Source: Minisyncoccota bacterium
Lineage (GTDB): Bacteria; Patescibacteriota; Minisyncoccia; Moranbacterales; UBA2206
Length of the DNA: 64,000 nucleotides
NCBI GenBank assembly: GCA_031291955.1
Contig: JARLIA010000011.1
Location: 6,511-70,510, forward strand
Direction of reading: 5' to 3'
In this document: positions 35,409 through 46,600 of the stretch, piece by piece
Layout: each line of letters opens with the position of its first letter
How positions within the stretch are numbered: position 1 is the first letter of the stretch
Made by a program: the position numbers and the translations under genes
Notes under the pieces: model-generated
Told to the model about the DNA's origin: nothing
Seen by the model: only the letters and a program-made list of their open reading frames with translations
Databases searched by the model: none

Positions 35409-37379
35409 TCAGTGGTTCAGACTGGCTGCTTGCGCCGGGGTGACGTAGTAAACAAAGATTGACGTTCCGACTTGGGCGACGGGTGGGATGTTTTTGATCC
35501 AACGGTAGGATTGGTTGTCGGGTTTCGTTTTGTCGTAGATGCTGCCCATCAGAAAATTAGTCGAAACAGCGTACCAACCTGGCTGGATCGGCCGGGTGGT
35601 GTCCGACCAGGGAAGCGCAGTCGCGCCGAAATAGTAGTTGACGTCGGCGCCGCCGAAATAGTCGACGCGTATCTGATCAATCGGAACTCGACTGTTGTCA
35701 GTTTTTTGCAAAGTCGCAAGAAACGCGGGGCTCACCAATTTAGCGCACTGGGAATTTTTCTCGAGGCCATATCCATCGTTGCCGCAGAACCAATTATAAT
35801 TGCCGACCCAGGTTTTGAGGCGCTTCAGGTCTTGGCCCCAGTCGGCGTTGGAATCAGTGGCATAATGGAACCCGTTTGCAGGGCCACCGGCCAACTCGTT
35901 GAAATAGGACATATAAGCCGGGTAAGCGGAGACTGTCCCGGCTACCAAGAGGAGTGTCATAGTGCCGATAATTGTTCCCCAGACGAGACGGGCGTGGGGA
36001 TTGAGACGGCGGAAGTATTCAAAAATAACTTTGGCGGTCAGAAGATAGGCAAACGGCAGAATCGGGAAGAGGTGACGGAAACCGATGTTGAGATTACTTC
36101 GGATGCTGATAATGGCGTAAAGCACCACAAAACAAAAAAGAGAAAAGGTGGTAATATTGTTCCGGAAATAACTGGCGATACCCGAATCCGGGCCGCGGGC
36201 GTCCTTTGGTCGGATGAGATATTTAATGAATACGACCAGGGCAATGATTAGCGCCAGGAGATAGAAAAACAAGGTTGGCAGCGGTTCTTTTAGAATAAAA
36301 ACAATCGGGAAATAAGTCAGGAAGCCGTGATTAGAGACAGCCCCCAGAAAATACGCGCCGTTGCCGCCGTCGACTCTTTGCACTACCATGGCCACGCCCA
36401 GGATGTAGGCGGACAGCGGACGACCAAGGGAAGATTTGTTGAGCGCCAAGGTAACTTTGTTGGTAGTTCGGGCGGAAAGAGAATCAGAAGTGGCGGAAAA
36501 ATAATTATTGATAGTGTCAGCCAACTTTTGAGGCGGCATTTTGTAGGTGTTGGCCAAATAGACCGCCCAGACGACTATCAGGGAAATGGCAAAAACAACG
36601 AGGCCTTTGCCGACATATTCGCCCAATTTTTTAAAGCGGAAACCCCAAAGACTTTTGGTTTTGTCGGGATTGAGCCGTGCCAAAGGATAGATGATGGCCG
36701 CCATGGCCAAGACAGGAAAAAGAGTGATGGATGAAAATTTAGCCAGTTGTTCGAGCCCCAGAAAAAATCCGGCCAGAAGAACATTTTTCCAACTTGGATC
36801 CTTCACGAAACGCAAAAAATAATAAAAGGAAAAAGTCATGAAAGCGGCGATGCCGAGATCGGTGGTGACGAAATGATTGTGGCCAAGAACATTGGGATCG
36901 AAGGCGCAAAGAACGAGCGCGAAGAGTCCGGCGCTTCGGCCGCCCAATTCTTTGCCCCATTTGAAAAGAAAAAGAGCAAAAATAAGGGAAAGCAGAACGA
37001 ATGGCACGCGAGCCCAAAAGATGATTTTGTCGGCGTTGTTGCCTTCCTGCCAGATGAGATCGTGACCGGCGTCCCATTGGCCATTGATCTCGGTTGTCCA
37101 AAAGGGTTTGCTGAGGTCGAATTTCAAATGCATCGGAAGCAGCATCAGGCCCGCGAAATCTTTTAGCATTGGCGGATGTTCGGGGTTGAGCCGCAGATCG
37201 TGAGTTGTAACATAGGAATAGCCGGCCGGGATGTGGGCGTCTTCGTCGTAAATCAAGCTGTCGTTATTGGCGTTCAAAATCGAGACGACAAAAATGAACA
37301 ACAGGATAGCGGCGATGATCCAATGATAGTGTTTTTCGATAAAGTTTCGCATATATTTATTTTTTATTTCATGACCCAA
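35409..37379 (-). CDS. GT39-family (PMT/ArnT-like) membrane glycosyltransferase
   Basis: 656 aa, polytopic. N-terminal NANNDSLIYDEDAHIPAGYSYV...NPEHPPMLKDFAG signature. Confidence 0.7.
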   Translation of the reverse strand: MGHEIKNKYMRNFIEKHYHWIIAAILLFIFVVSILNANNDSLIYDEDAHIPAGYSYVTTHDLRLNPEHPPMLKDFAGLMLLPMHLKFDLSKPFWTTEINGQWDAGHDLIWQEGNNADKIIFWARVPFVLLSLIFALFLFKWGKELGGRSAGLFALVLCAFDPNVLGHNHFVTTDLGIAAFMTFSFYYFLRFVKDPSWKNVLLAGFFLGLEQLAKFSSITLFPVLAMAAIIYPLARLNPDKTKSLWGFRFKKLGEYVGKGLVVFAISLIVVWAVYLANTYKMPPQKLADTINNYFSATSDSLSARTTNKVTLALNKSSLGRPLSAYILGVAMVVQRVDGGNGAYFLGAVSNHGFLTYFPIVFILKEPLPTLFFYLLALIIALVVFIKYLIRPKDARGPDSGIASYFRNNITTFSLFCFVVLYAIISIRSNLNIGFRHLFPILPFAYLLTAKVIFEYFRRLNPHARLVWGTIIGTMTLLLVAGTVSAYPAYMSYFNELAGGPANGFHYATDSNADWGQDLKRLKTWVGNYNWFCGNDGYGLEKNSQCAKLVSPAFLATLQKTDNSRVPIDQIRVDYFGGADVNYYFGATALPWSDTTRPIQPGWYAVSTNFLMGSIYDKTKPDNQSYRWIKNIPPVAQVGTSIFVYYVTPAQAASLNH

Positions 37380-38917
37380 AAATTCGCTCCGTGTCCGTCG
37401 CCTTTTTCTTCCAAGGTAATATTCGGAAATCTATTTTTCAAGACTGTGATGGTCTGGCCATTGTTGTCGGTCAGGATAATTATGAAATTACTTTTGTTTT
37501 CCGGCGAAATATACGCGGCTTGGCTGTGATAGGCATAGTGGATGTTCGGGACGTCTTGGTCGAAGAGTTTAACGGGGATGCGTTCCATGTTTTCGGCGAC
37601 GACGAATTTCTGCTGGTCGGCCGGCAGGGTGTGGAGATAGGTCGAGATGCCGATCAGGCTTTTGTCGAAAGCCTCGGCGGTTTGCGGTTGAGCGGGCCAG
37701 ACAATTTCGTATTTTACGGCATTAAAGACGCCGATTGACACCAGCATCAGGAGGAGCAAGAAAGCGGTTGCTTTTCGGAAAGTAGCCGTATGTTTTTGGC
37801 CGTATTCCCAAAAGAAATTGAACGTGAGGGCGGCCAGAATGAAGACGGCCGGCATGGTGCCGATTCCCCGGAGGGCGTGCGGATTGCCTTCCGCCGCCAG
37901 GACTTCAGGAATTAGCATGATGAAAAAGATGGAAAGGAGGAAGGCGTAAATTTCCAGTCGGGAATCGCGGATTTTTTGAGTGAAACGGATCGTGAGGAGA
38001 TGGAAAAAGCGGCCAATCGCGTAAATGATTCCGAAAAGAAAGGCCACGCCGGTGAGCGGATCCAGAATGGGGTAGGGTGGAAAGTTTTGGCGCCAGTTCT
38101 GGTCGCCCCAAAAATTATATTTCCCCAACCCCAGGGCCAATGTTTTGAGAAGGGTGAGGATGAGTTGACCATGATTCACTTTGGGATTGAAAACGGAAAC
38201 TTCCGAAGTGCGCGATTGCCAATATTCCGGGTGGGCGATAAAAAAAGTGTAGAGCATGGGGCTGGCGGTGGCGAAGGCCGCTACGCAAAAAATTAGAAGC
38301 GATTTCCAATATTCACGCAAAAAGTGCTCGCGTGTAATCATTAGGACAACCAACATTACCACCAGAACAAGCGGAGCGATGCGGAAAGCGATATAGGTGT
38401 GAAGACCAAGACCGAAAATTAAGCCGCCAATGGCAAAATCCAGCCAGCTTTTTTTTCGCAGTCCGCGGAACAGGAAATAAAAGGCAAATGTCAGGTCGGC
38501 GGGCAAGAGGACGGCCCGAAAAGCGATGCGGGAAAAATCAATCGACCAAAAAGCCGCGGCTGTGAGAAAAGCGCTGATGAGGCCGACGCGCCGATTTTGG
38601 AAAAGTTCGGCGCTTAGCAGATACATACCCCAGATGGTCAGAGTTCCGAAAATGATAGAGGGAAGTTTTAAGGTCAAAATGGAAACGCCCCAAAATTTGA
38701 AACAGAGGGCGATCATATTCATGAACAATCCTTCGCGGCCGTTGTTGGCCGGATAGAACCATTGCCAGTGGCCGTTGGATGCGGCAAGCGCGTCCATGCC
38801 GTTGACCGCTTCGTCCGGATAGACGCCCGGCGGCGCATGGTTAATATTCACAACGCGCAGGAACAGTCCGAACGCGATAATCAAAATCAACAGGATGTAT
38901 GTTTTTTTTGTGTTCAT
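37364..38917 (-). CDS. GT39/ArnT-like membrane glycosyltransferase (second paralogue; overlaps the downstream gene by 16 nt)
   Basis: 517 aa, polytopic. VVNINHAPPGVYPDEAVNGMDALAA N-terminal loop. Confidence 0.7.
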   Translation of the reverse strand: MNTKKTYILLILIIAFGLFLRVVNINHAPPGVYPDEAVNGMDALAASNGHWQWFYPANNGREGLFMNMIALCFKFWGVSILTLKLPSIIFGTLTIWGMYLLSAELFQNRRVGLISAFLTAAAFWSIDFSRIAFRAVLLPADLTFAFYFLFRGLRKKSWLDFAIGGLIFGLGLHTYIAFRIAPLVLVVMLVVLMITREHFLREYWKSLLIFCVAAFATASPMLYTFFIAHPEYWQSRTSEVSVFNPKVNHGQLILTLLKTLALGLGKYNFWGDQNWRQNFPPYPILDPLTGVAFLFGIIYAIGRFFHLLTIRFTQKIRDSRLEIYAFLLSIFFIMLIPEVLAAEGNPHALRGIGTMPAVFILAALTFNFFWEYGQKHTATFRKATAFLLLLMLVSIGVFNAVKYEIVWPAQPQTAEAFDKSLIGISTYLHTLPADQQKFVVAENMERIPVKLFDQDVPNIHYAYHSQAAYISPENKSNFIIILTDNNGQTITVLKNRFPNITLEEKGDGHGANFWVMK

Positions 38918-39034
38918 GGGTTTATTATAAACGACTCTTTGGCCCTTGACAAATTTCTAAAACCTGCTACGCTGTAAGGTCTTTTAATTAATTAAATCAA
39001 TAGAGCCTTTCTAAATGGCCCTATCAACAAAGAT

Positions 39035-39490
39035 ATGTCAAAAAAGACGCTAATTTACGGGGTTCTGGGAATTGTCTTGGCGGGAGCCATGTTTGCCGCC
39101 GCGCCGCGAGCCTTGGCCTGCACTTCGGGTTGTCCGGGAATCCCTAAGGTTCCGACCTTTCACATGCCGGAACCGCCACGCATTTCCACTCATGAGTGGA
39201 AGCCAACGCCGATTAAGACAATCAGTTCGACTGTGGTCGAACAACATGTCAGTCAGGAGACTAATGTGAAAGTGGAAGTGAAAGGAAACAACAACAGCAA
39301 TGATCATCACAACGATCACAATGATCATAAGGATCACAAAAAAGTCGAAAAGGTTACTAAGATAGTTAAGGTTGTCAAAGAACTGCCAGTGACCGGTCCT
39401 AGCATATTGGGACTCGCAGGGCTTATCATCTTGGCAATTTTAATCGCGGTTGGAATCAAGAAAAGCTATCAGGTCAAATCGGCCAAATAA
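39035..39490 (+). CDS. Small LPxTG cell-wall-anchored protein with a His/Asp-rich segment
   Basis: Signal peptide. NDHHNDHNDHKDHKK. C-terminal LPVTG plus hydrophobic segment plus KKSYQVKSAK sorting signal. Confidence 0.6.
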   Translation: MSKKTLIYGVLGIVLAGAMFAAAPRALACTSGCPGIPKVPTFHMPEPPRISTHEWKPTPIKTISSTVVEQHVSQETNVKVEVKGNNNSNDHHNDHNDHKDHKKVEKVTKIVKVVKELPVTGPSILGLAGLIILAILIAVGIKKSYQVKSAK

Positions 39491-39508
39491 GCATCTTTCG
39501 TAATTGCA

Positions 39509-40372
39509 ATGTACGCACTGTATAAAAAAATCAGAAACAGTTGGGTTAGTTCCATTCTTTTCGCTTGCGTTCTGCTGGTCATCTTTCTCGTTCTCTTTTA
39601 TCTTTCCAATCTGAATCTTGGCCCGAGCCATAAAATTCAGTCGGTCGATCAAAACTCGGTCGCGATCGATCCGGGCGCCGGGATAAAAGAAAAACTCGGC
39701 GCGTTGGATGTTTCGATGGAAAGCTACGACGAGTGGGCCAAAAGCGAGGGACTCAATAGCAATAGCAATAACAATGCTCTTGATGCCGATCCGGATGGGG
39801 ATGGTCTGCCCAACTATCTGGAATACGCCTACGGGACTAATCCGACTAAGGCCGACACGGACGGCGACGGTTTTTCCGATTCACATGAGATCCAAAATGG
39901 CTATGATCCGGACGCGTCAAATCCGTCCGCTCGGGCGCAAGTGGAAATTTCCGTGAGTAAGATTAATATTGCCGCACCGGTCATCTGGTCCAATACGACC
40001 GACTCGGCCGGGATGGATAAGGATTTGGAAAACGGCGTGATCCATTATTACCAAACCGCCGCGCCGGGCCAAAACGGTACCATGATCGTCTCCGGTCACT
40101 CCAGCAATTATGTTTGGGCCAAGGGGGATTATAACCATATCTTCGCCGATCTCAATAATGTGGCAGTTGGCGATGTCATCACGGTGAAAGAGACTGAAGC
40201 TAATGGCCGGGTGCTGACATATTCTTATAAAATCTCCGGCAAAAAAATCGTTTCGGCTGACGACCAGAGCGTCTTTGACAATTCTTCCAATCCGACGCTC
40301 GAACTCACGACCTGCTGGCCGATTGGGACGAATTTGCAGCGACTGATTGTGACGGCGGATCTCGCGCAATAG
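39509..40372 (+). CDS. Sortase (transpeptidase) with N-terminal TM segment and Asp-rich calcium-binding-like repeats
   Basis: SGHSSNY (catalytic His), TLELTTCWP (TLxTC catalytic Cys). DADPDGDGLPNY / DTDGDGFSD repeats. Confidence 0.85.
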   Translation: MYALYKKIRNSWVSSILFACVLLVIFLVLFYLSNLNLGPSHKIQSVDQNSVAIDPGAGIKEKLGALDVSMESYDEWAKSEGLNSNSNNNALDADPDGDGLPNYLEYAYGTNPTKADTDGDGFSDSHEIQNGYDPDASNPSARAQVEISVSKINIAAPVIWSNTTDSAGMDKDLENGVIHYYQTAAPGQNGTMIVSGHSSNYVWAKGDYNHIFADLNNVAVGDVITVKETEANGRVLTYSYKISGKKIVSADDQSVFDNSSNPTLELTTCWPIGTNLQRLIVTADLAQ

Positions 40373-40415
40373 AAGTTTGAAATTTTGAATATAAAATCAA
40401 CACCAATTTCCAGGC

Positions 40416-40444
40416 TTGACAAAATTTAGGAATTGGTGTAAACT
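40416..40444 (+). promoter_or_regulatory. Sigma70-like promoter TTGACA-17nt-TAAACT ahead of the secreted-protein cluster
   Basis: Consensus -35 with correct spacing; ~250-nt leader to the ATG at 40698. Confidence 0.4.
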
Positions 40445-40534
40445 CGAATGTTCGTGAATATTTCCGATATCCCATAGTTCATCTATATAAGATGAACTAG
40501 AGGATGTCTGAAAGTCCGGGATGCCCCGTTTGTT

Positions 40535-40574
40535 CCGGCATCAATTGTTCTTGAAAATTTATTATTGATGCCGG
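40535..40574 (+). other. Perfect 11-bp stem hairpin (ccggcatcaat / attgatgccgg, 18-nt loop) in the long 5' leader
   Basis: Seen directly in the sequence; lies between the promoter and the RBS (aggagg at 40688). Confidence 0.4.
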
Positions 40575-40697
40575 GTCGGGGGATTTCCTGATTGATTGGC
40601 GTCAAACGTTTAGGCGGCCAAGTGTATCGCGAGCGGAATGTTTCGTTCGGGCTTGGCCAAAAAATTACTTTTGTCCAAATTTTTTAGGAGGAAAACC

Positions 40698-41150
40698 ATG
40701 AGGACGAGAAAAATGTTGTTTGGTTTTTTGGCAATGGTTGCGGTGTTGGCCCTTGTTTTTACCACCAGCGCTTACGCCGGCGATACCTGGTCGGGCGGTG
40801 GCACTGCCAAGGGCAGCATAAGCACCTGGAACGATTCCGCCCAGAACGTGTCCAGTTATAACGGACACGACAGCGGAACCCGTTTTACCGGAATGACCGG
40901 ATCCCAATCCATGGACTCGGGCCAGGATTGGAAGTCTTCCCAGGGCACTAAATTTTCCGGGGAGACTAACAACCAGCAATCGTATGACGCCGCAAAACCA
41001 TTTGCCGGCGGAGGTGGCGCGCAGATGAGCGCTTATCAGTGTGCCTCTACCAGTGTAAAGGGCTCCGGATCCGGCTCCGGCGGTAATTATGGCGGTGGCA
41101 GCCATGGCGGTTGCGGCGGCGGGTGTGGAGGTCACGGCGGTCATCACTAA
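40698..41150 (+). CDS. Secreted Gly/Ser-rich protein with a C-terminal GGCGGGCGGHGGHH tail
   Basis: Signal peptide MRTRKMLFGFLAMVAVLALVFTTSAYA; low-complexity composition. Confidence 0.5.
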   Translation: MRTRKMLFGFLAMVAVLALVFTTSAYAGDTWSGGGTAKGSISTWNDSAQNVSSYNGHDSGTRFTGMTGSQSMDSGQDWKSSQGTKFSGETNNQQSYDAAKPFAGGGGAQMSAYQCASTSVKGSGSGSGGNYGGGSHGGCGGGCGGHGGHH

Positions 41151-41388
41151 GACTACCCGCGATCTCTAAAAGTGTTCGGGCGAGGAATTTTCTCGCCCGG
41201 ACACATCTTATTTTTCTATAATTATTCCTATATTAAATTCAGATTCCCATCAATTCGATAGGATTCTGTGAGAATACAGGAGATCTTAAAAAAATTCTTT
41301 TAAAACCGAATAGTTTGCGATCGGTTTTGCATACTTGGCGATTTAGTAATTTCTTAAAGAGATAAAAAATGACAAGAAGGAGATAGAG

Positions 41389-42561
41389 ATGAGAAAGAGG
41401 TCTATTCTGTTTGTGGTGTTTGCGGCGGTCATGATCTTTCTGCCGGTCAATTTCGCATTGGCTGGCGGCGGAGGAGGCTGTCAGGGCGGAGATTGTGGTA
41501 ATAAAGGCGGAAACGGAGGCAATGGCGGAACAAATGTTGACATTAATAACCAACAGCAACAAAGCCAAAGTCAAAGCCTTTACAACAAGTTTAGTCCAAA
41601 TAACGAAATAAACATTCCCATGCAGGCACCGGGAATCGGAGGTAATGACCTGTCTGGCGGATCAATCAATACCGGCGCGTTTCTTAATGCCGGGATGACC
41701 GAGCAGGACTTTATCCGGTTCTATCCGGAATTGTCCTGCGCTGGTTGGAATAATCTCGCCTACTCGTATACCAGCGAGAACGGCGATGACTACTGGCGCA
41801 AGATTGAAAGCGCCATAAGAGTTGACGCCGATTTCAAAAACCGATACACGCCCACTGCAAGTCTTCGAACAATGATTACCTTGCCAAAGGGCGTAGGATA
41901 CACATTCGTGGGAACCGCTACAGGAAAAGTCGATCCCAAGAGCGGGATCGAAGTTTCCAGCGCGGCGGTTTATTACCGCACCGGGATTGCCGGTATGCAC
42001 GCTGGCGCCAATGTGATGATGCCTTATGAGGCATACACGAAGGCGGTGCAGCAGGCCAGTGGGCACACCTTTGGTCTGAGTTTGGGGATCGGGTTTCAGA
42101 TGGTGGGCATCGGGATCGGTACCTCCAAGAGCAGTAAGACTCTGCATGTCGATGCCGAGCCTCAAGGGACGTGGGTTTTTCTTTACGTCTCGCCGGGCGC
42201 CATTGCTCGAGCGTTAACACAAGTCGCGCCGCAGTCGACCGAGCAGATCGCCAGATGCGTACTGCCCGGACCGCGCAATGTTAATCTGCGGATTGACGAC
42301 GCAATGCTGGATATCAGAAATTACAACCAGCGTCACGATTTGCGCGATTTGCGCCTGACTCGTGACACACTGCTGTTGGCAATTAAGCTCGATCGAGCTA
42401 GCGGTCAGCAGCTGCGGACGGTCTATGAAATGCTAGCTTCGGTTAATTTGGAGCTGGCGCGCGTAATCAATGGGTTTGATCGTGAGCATTATCAAAAGCT
42501 TGCGGTCAAGTACGCCTACCGAGCTGGATTGTCTTCGATTAGAACGATAAATGAATACTAG
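41389..42561 (+). CDS. Secreted protein with Gly/Cys-rich N-terminus (GGGGGCQGGDCGNKGGNGGNGG) and globular C-terminal region
   Basis: Signal peptide; 390 aa. Confidence 0.5.
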   Translation: MRKRSILFVVFAAVMIFLPVNFALAGGGGGCQGGDCGNKGGNGGNGGTNVDINNQQQQSQSQSLYNKFSPNNEINIPMQAPGIGGNDLSGGSINTGAFLNAGMTEQDFIRFYPELSCAGWNNLAYSYTSENGDDYWRKIESAIRVDADFKNRYTPTASLRTMITLPKGVGYTFVGTATGKVDPKSGIEVSSAAVYYRTGIAGMHAGANVMMPYEAYTKAVQQASGHTFGLSLGIGFQMVGIGIGTSKSSKTLHVDAEPQGTWVFLYVSPGAIARALTQVAPQSTEQIARCVLPGPRNVNLRIDDAMLDIRNYNQRHDLRDLRLTRDTLLLAIKLDRASGQQLRTVYEMLASVNLELARVINGFDREHYQKLAVKYAYRAGLSSIRTINEY

Positions 42562-42607
42562 CCCTCGCGCGCCGTTACGGGCGCGAGGTCCAAAAAGGAG
42601 ATTTCAG

Positions 42608-43465
42608 ATGAGAAAAAATTTGTTTTTGGCAGTATTGGCATTGATGATGTTCTCCGCTTGGCCGCTTGCGGCTTGGAGCGGAGTGCCTATCGGTCAGGTT
42701 TCGGCTTACGTCGAGGGCAGGAATGTCGCCCAGGCGCCGGCAAACAATCAATACGCCGCGAGCGGAAATTACGCTCAGGCGGTCGCTGGTGTCCCGGTGA
42801 ACCAGGTTGGCGCGTATGTCCGCGGACAGGCCGTGACGAATAAGTCGGCCGAACGGACAGTCTATCGGACACGGATTGTTTACAAACCCGTGACCATTCC
42901 GGCTGAGACAGTGAAATACACACTGAAGGCTGGCGATACCTTTTGGGGTCTTGCCAAAAAGCTAAACCTCAAGAATTGGACGGTCTTGGCCGCGCTCAAT
43001 CATATGACGCGGCATCAGGCTGGCCATATGAAATATGGCCGAGTGATTTTGATTCCGAAACCGTTTGCCGAGACCAAATTGGGCAAGTCGGAGGCGGTGA
43101 ATCAGAGACTTTTGGCCGAGAATTCCGCGTTAAAAAAGCAGCTGGTGGACGCGAAAAAGTTTGAAGCGACGATCAGTGATCTTCAGAAAAAGGTTGCCGA
43201 TCTTCAGCGCAAGCTGAACGCGGCCGTTACTGCTAAACCGACTGTCACCAAGAAGTCGGCCGCCGTTGCTACATCGAAACCGGCCGCCAAGAGCGCAAAG
43301 CTTCAGACGCCGGTCAAGGCAAGCTCTAAACTTTCCAAAGTCGTTAAGACTCCGGAAAGCAAGGCTTCTTCCTTGGACAGGACGACGGTTACTCTGATTG
43401 TGGTTGTTGTCATATTGGCAATAACCAACATCGTGACCTTGATCAGGAAAAGGTGCACGCCTTAA
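42608..43465 (+). CDS. Secreted LysM-domain protein with coiled coil and C-terminal membrane anchor
   Basis: Signal peptide MRKNLFLAVLALMMFSAWPLAAWS. YTLKAGDTFWGLAKKLNL (LysM). C-terminal hydrophobic VTLIVVVVILAITNIVTLI. Confidence 0.5.
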   Translation: MRKNLFLAVLALMMFSAWPLAAWSGVPIGQVSAYVEGRNVAQAPANNQYAASGNYAQAVAGVPVNQVGAYVRGQAVTNKSAERTVYRTRIVYKPVTIPAETVKYTLKAGDTFWGLAKKLNLKNWTVLAALNHMTRHQAGHMKYGRVILIPKPFAETKLGKSEAVNQRLLAENSALKKQLVDAKKFEATISDLQKKVADLQRKLNAAVTAKPTVTKKSAAVATSKPAAKSAKLQTPVKASSKLSKVVKTPESKASSLDRTTVTLIVVVVILAITNIVTLIRKRCTP

Positions 43466-43664
43466 CCGATACAAACATACTTCCGCAAAACGGAAGCCGC
43501 CGGCTTGAACCTATAAGTTCATGCCTGGAGCACGGGACGTTCGGACAGGGTACCCGTGAATAAAGTTTCATCAACGTATGAAGCTTTTTTTATTTGTCCA
43601 CAGCTTTCCAAGTGGAATAATTTGTGGTTTGATGATATAATTCAGTTGAAATTTATTTTTCAAA

Positions 43665-46600
43665 ATGGAAGAAACAGAAAGAAAAAAAATAATAAGAATA
43701 AAACCAGGGGAGAGAAAAAAACAGCCCGCTGTTGATTTAGGAGTGGCGGGAGGAATAACCCCAGCCGAAAAAGATTTTAAAGAAAAAGTCGCCGGAAGAG
43801 TGCAAGTCAAACAGGATGAGATAAATAATCTTATTTATGAAAGAATTGCCAAAGATCAGCTGCCGGATAATGGGGGAGAGGATTTATTTAAAAAAAAGAG
43901 AATAGAACAACTAACAAAAGAAATCGAAGAACTGAACAAAAGAGTCCAGCAGTCTTATAAAATGGAAAATTATACCGTTAGAAAATCGGGAAATGTTGAG
44001 CCGGATGTGGAAAAAATGGTGTTGGAAAAAGAGGCGGAAATCAGGAAGCTTGAAAAAGAGATCGGGGGAAATGAGATTGATAATCCAAAACCTGGAGAAG
44101 AACAAGGAACTGTGCCGGGCGGAGTGCAAGCGATAGAAAAAGATGAGGAATCAGTTCGGGACAAAGAAGACAATAAAGCGACGGATGAACCCCAGCTACC
44201 GAAGCCGGCCACTGTCGAGGCTGGACAAGATAATGAAGCGCAAGCGGCCGAGAATATTTCAAAAGCAAACAGTTTTGACGAGCTGAGAAGCGAAATAGAA
44301 AGGATTGGAATTATAAACGGCAGTAAGGAAAATTTTTCTGCTGCTGATCTCAATAGGATCATTACAACTGCGGAATTGTTTTTCGAAAAAAACCCCGACC
44401 AATTTACGTTCACAAAAGAGGCGTTGCTTGGTAGTCTTGTTGCGATAACTGGAACTTTCGGAATTAGGGATAAAGTGATTGAGTTAGTGTTAAAAAGACA
44501 TGCGGAGTTGCACGAAAATAATGAAGTGATAGAGAATGAGGCTGTAAACTCAAACAGAGAGTCTGCTCAAGAAAAAGACGAAGAAAAAAAAGATTGGGAC
44601 GGAAGATATGCCAAGCCGGAAGAAATTATCGACGCGGAGTTTAAGGAAGTTGAGCCTTTGCGGATTACTGATCAGAATTTTAGAGGGGAAAATGCAGAAA
44701 AACTGAATCAGTTAGAGAATGAACTTGATCACTTGCGGAAAGAATACTTGGAGGTGGATTATAAAAAGAATACCGGATATAAACGATTGGGGAAAATTTT
44801 TGGAAGATCCTTTCAAAATAAAGAAAGTAAGCTTGTTGAGAATGATCAAGATATTGCTTGGTACCGGGCGCATTACGATGACAAGCTGATGGATTATAAG
44901 AGCGCACTCTTGGATGATTGGAAGGTTAAAGGATCAACACCTGAAAGGTTGGCGGAAATCGCGAAGATTTTCGAGACGGAAGCCAACATCAATATGGCTG
45001 ACGGGCATACCCGAACTAAAGTTGAGCACCAAGAGGGGCGGATGGGGAAAGGCATGGTGGACTTAATGGATAAGACTATTCGTAATTATCGGAATCTTTC
45101 GTTCAAGCAGAAGCTAGCCATCTCGGCCGCTTTTGGAATTGCCGGGGTGGGAGCTGGACTAACCGGCAGCGCTTTTCTGATCGGAGGTGCGGCTACGGCC
45201 GCTACCATCCGACGCTTTTTCTTGGGGACAGTCACCGGAACGAGTGCAGCACTGTCTGCGGAGTCGATGACGCAACGGAACCGGGAAAAGTCGGTGGAAA
45301 AAAATACGGCCAAGTTGGTCAAACAATTTGAGGGGAAAGCTCCGAAGGAGATTGAAGAACTAGCACGAGAAAGAATAAATGGTCTGATTTATGATGAAGA
45401 CCAAAAAATAAATACGATTAAAAATAAGAATCTACGTAATTTAGGCGTTGGAATCGGGGTGGGGCTAGCCAGTGCATTGGCCGTTCCAGAATTTATGAAG
45501 CACGGAAAAGAATGGATATCTCATGCTGGAATTGGTGAAAAAATCGCTGGAGTTTTTGGATACCATCATGCTGGGAGTGTGAAGCTAGGAGGGGGAATTT
45601 TAGATCACAAGAATCATCCAAATCTATCTCATAACCCGGCCGGACACGCCGCGGGCACGCACGCGGGAGCGCCGGTCCATGAAACACCCAAAGTTGCGCC
45701 GAAAGCTCTGGCTGGGCACGAAGTATCGCCGTCCAGCAGGGCGCCGGTCGGATCCGTTCATGCTCCCGAAGCGCCGGTTAATAAAGTCGTGCCACCGTAT
45801 AAAATAACGCCTGAAGGGGTTCATCAGCAACCAGTTCCGAAAATCACACCTCCAGGCGCGGAGCATATGCAGCCCGAAGTGAAAATTCCATCCGGCGCGA
45901 ACGCGCATGAAGCGGCGAAAAATATCGTAACCATAAAACAAGGCGGCAGTATCGAAAGGATATTGACGGACAAAGGGACTAGTCCCGGTGAAGCGCACCG
46001 AATGGTCTTTAGAAGCGCGACGGAAAAAGCCAAAGAAGCGGCGGCGGCCAGCGGAAGAAGTTGGAATGAATTGAGCAAAGCCGCCAAGCACCGGCTCATT
46101 GAGGGCGAAATGAAAAAAATGAATCTAGTGCATGCCGGGGATAAAATTGAAATAAGTCCGGACGGCAAGAATTTCAGCTTGGAGAGAATTCCCAAAACGG
46201 AATGGCCGAAAGCCCCCATCTATCACGCGGCCGGGCATAATATTGAAAATGATCACTCAACCGGCGCGCAGCATGCTGCCGAAACGGCCAAAGTCCCTCC
46301 GGTCGCCGAACACGTGCCTAAAATCCATCCCAATCCGGTCGAATTCAGCGAAAAATTACATCCGGGCGGTCCGCCGCCTCATCTGCCTGTCAAAGAGGTC
46401 GAGGCTTTGCGCCATCAGCCGCGCCCGAGCGCGGAAAGTATCATAAAAAGGTTGCACGAAACCGGTTCTCGCCCCAGCGCGGAAAATGTTATGCGCGGTT
46501 TTCATTCCGCCCATCCGCTTCGTCCGGTCGATGTTAGATTTATCGGAAAAGCCGGAATTGTTCCGGGGCAAAATTTCAACGAAAGAGGCTCCCATTTTTT

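Noticed and set aside
35472-36734. Plus-strand ORFs 35472-36251 and 36327-36734 (259 and 135 aa)
   Set aside because: Antisense to the GT39 membrane glycosyltransferase; no motifs; composition typical of GC-skewed antisense frames.
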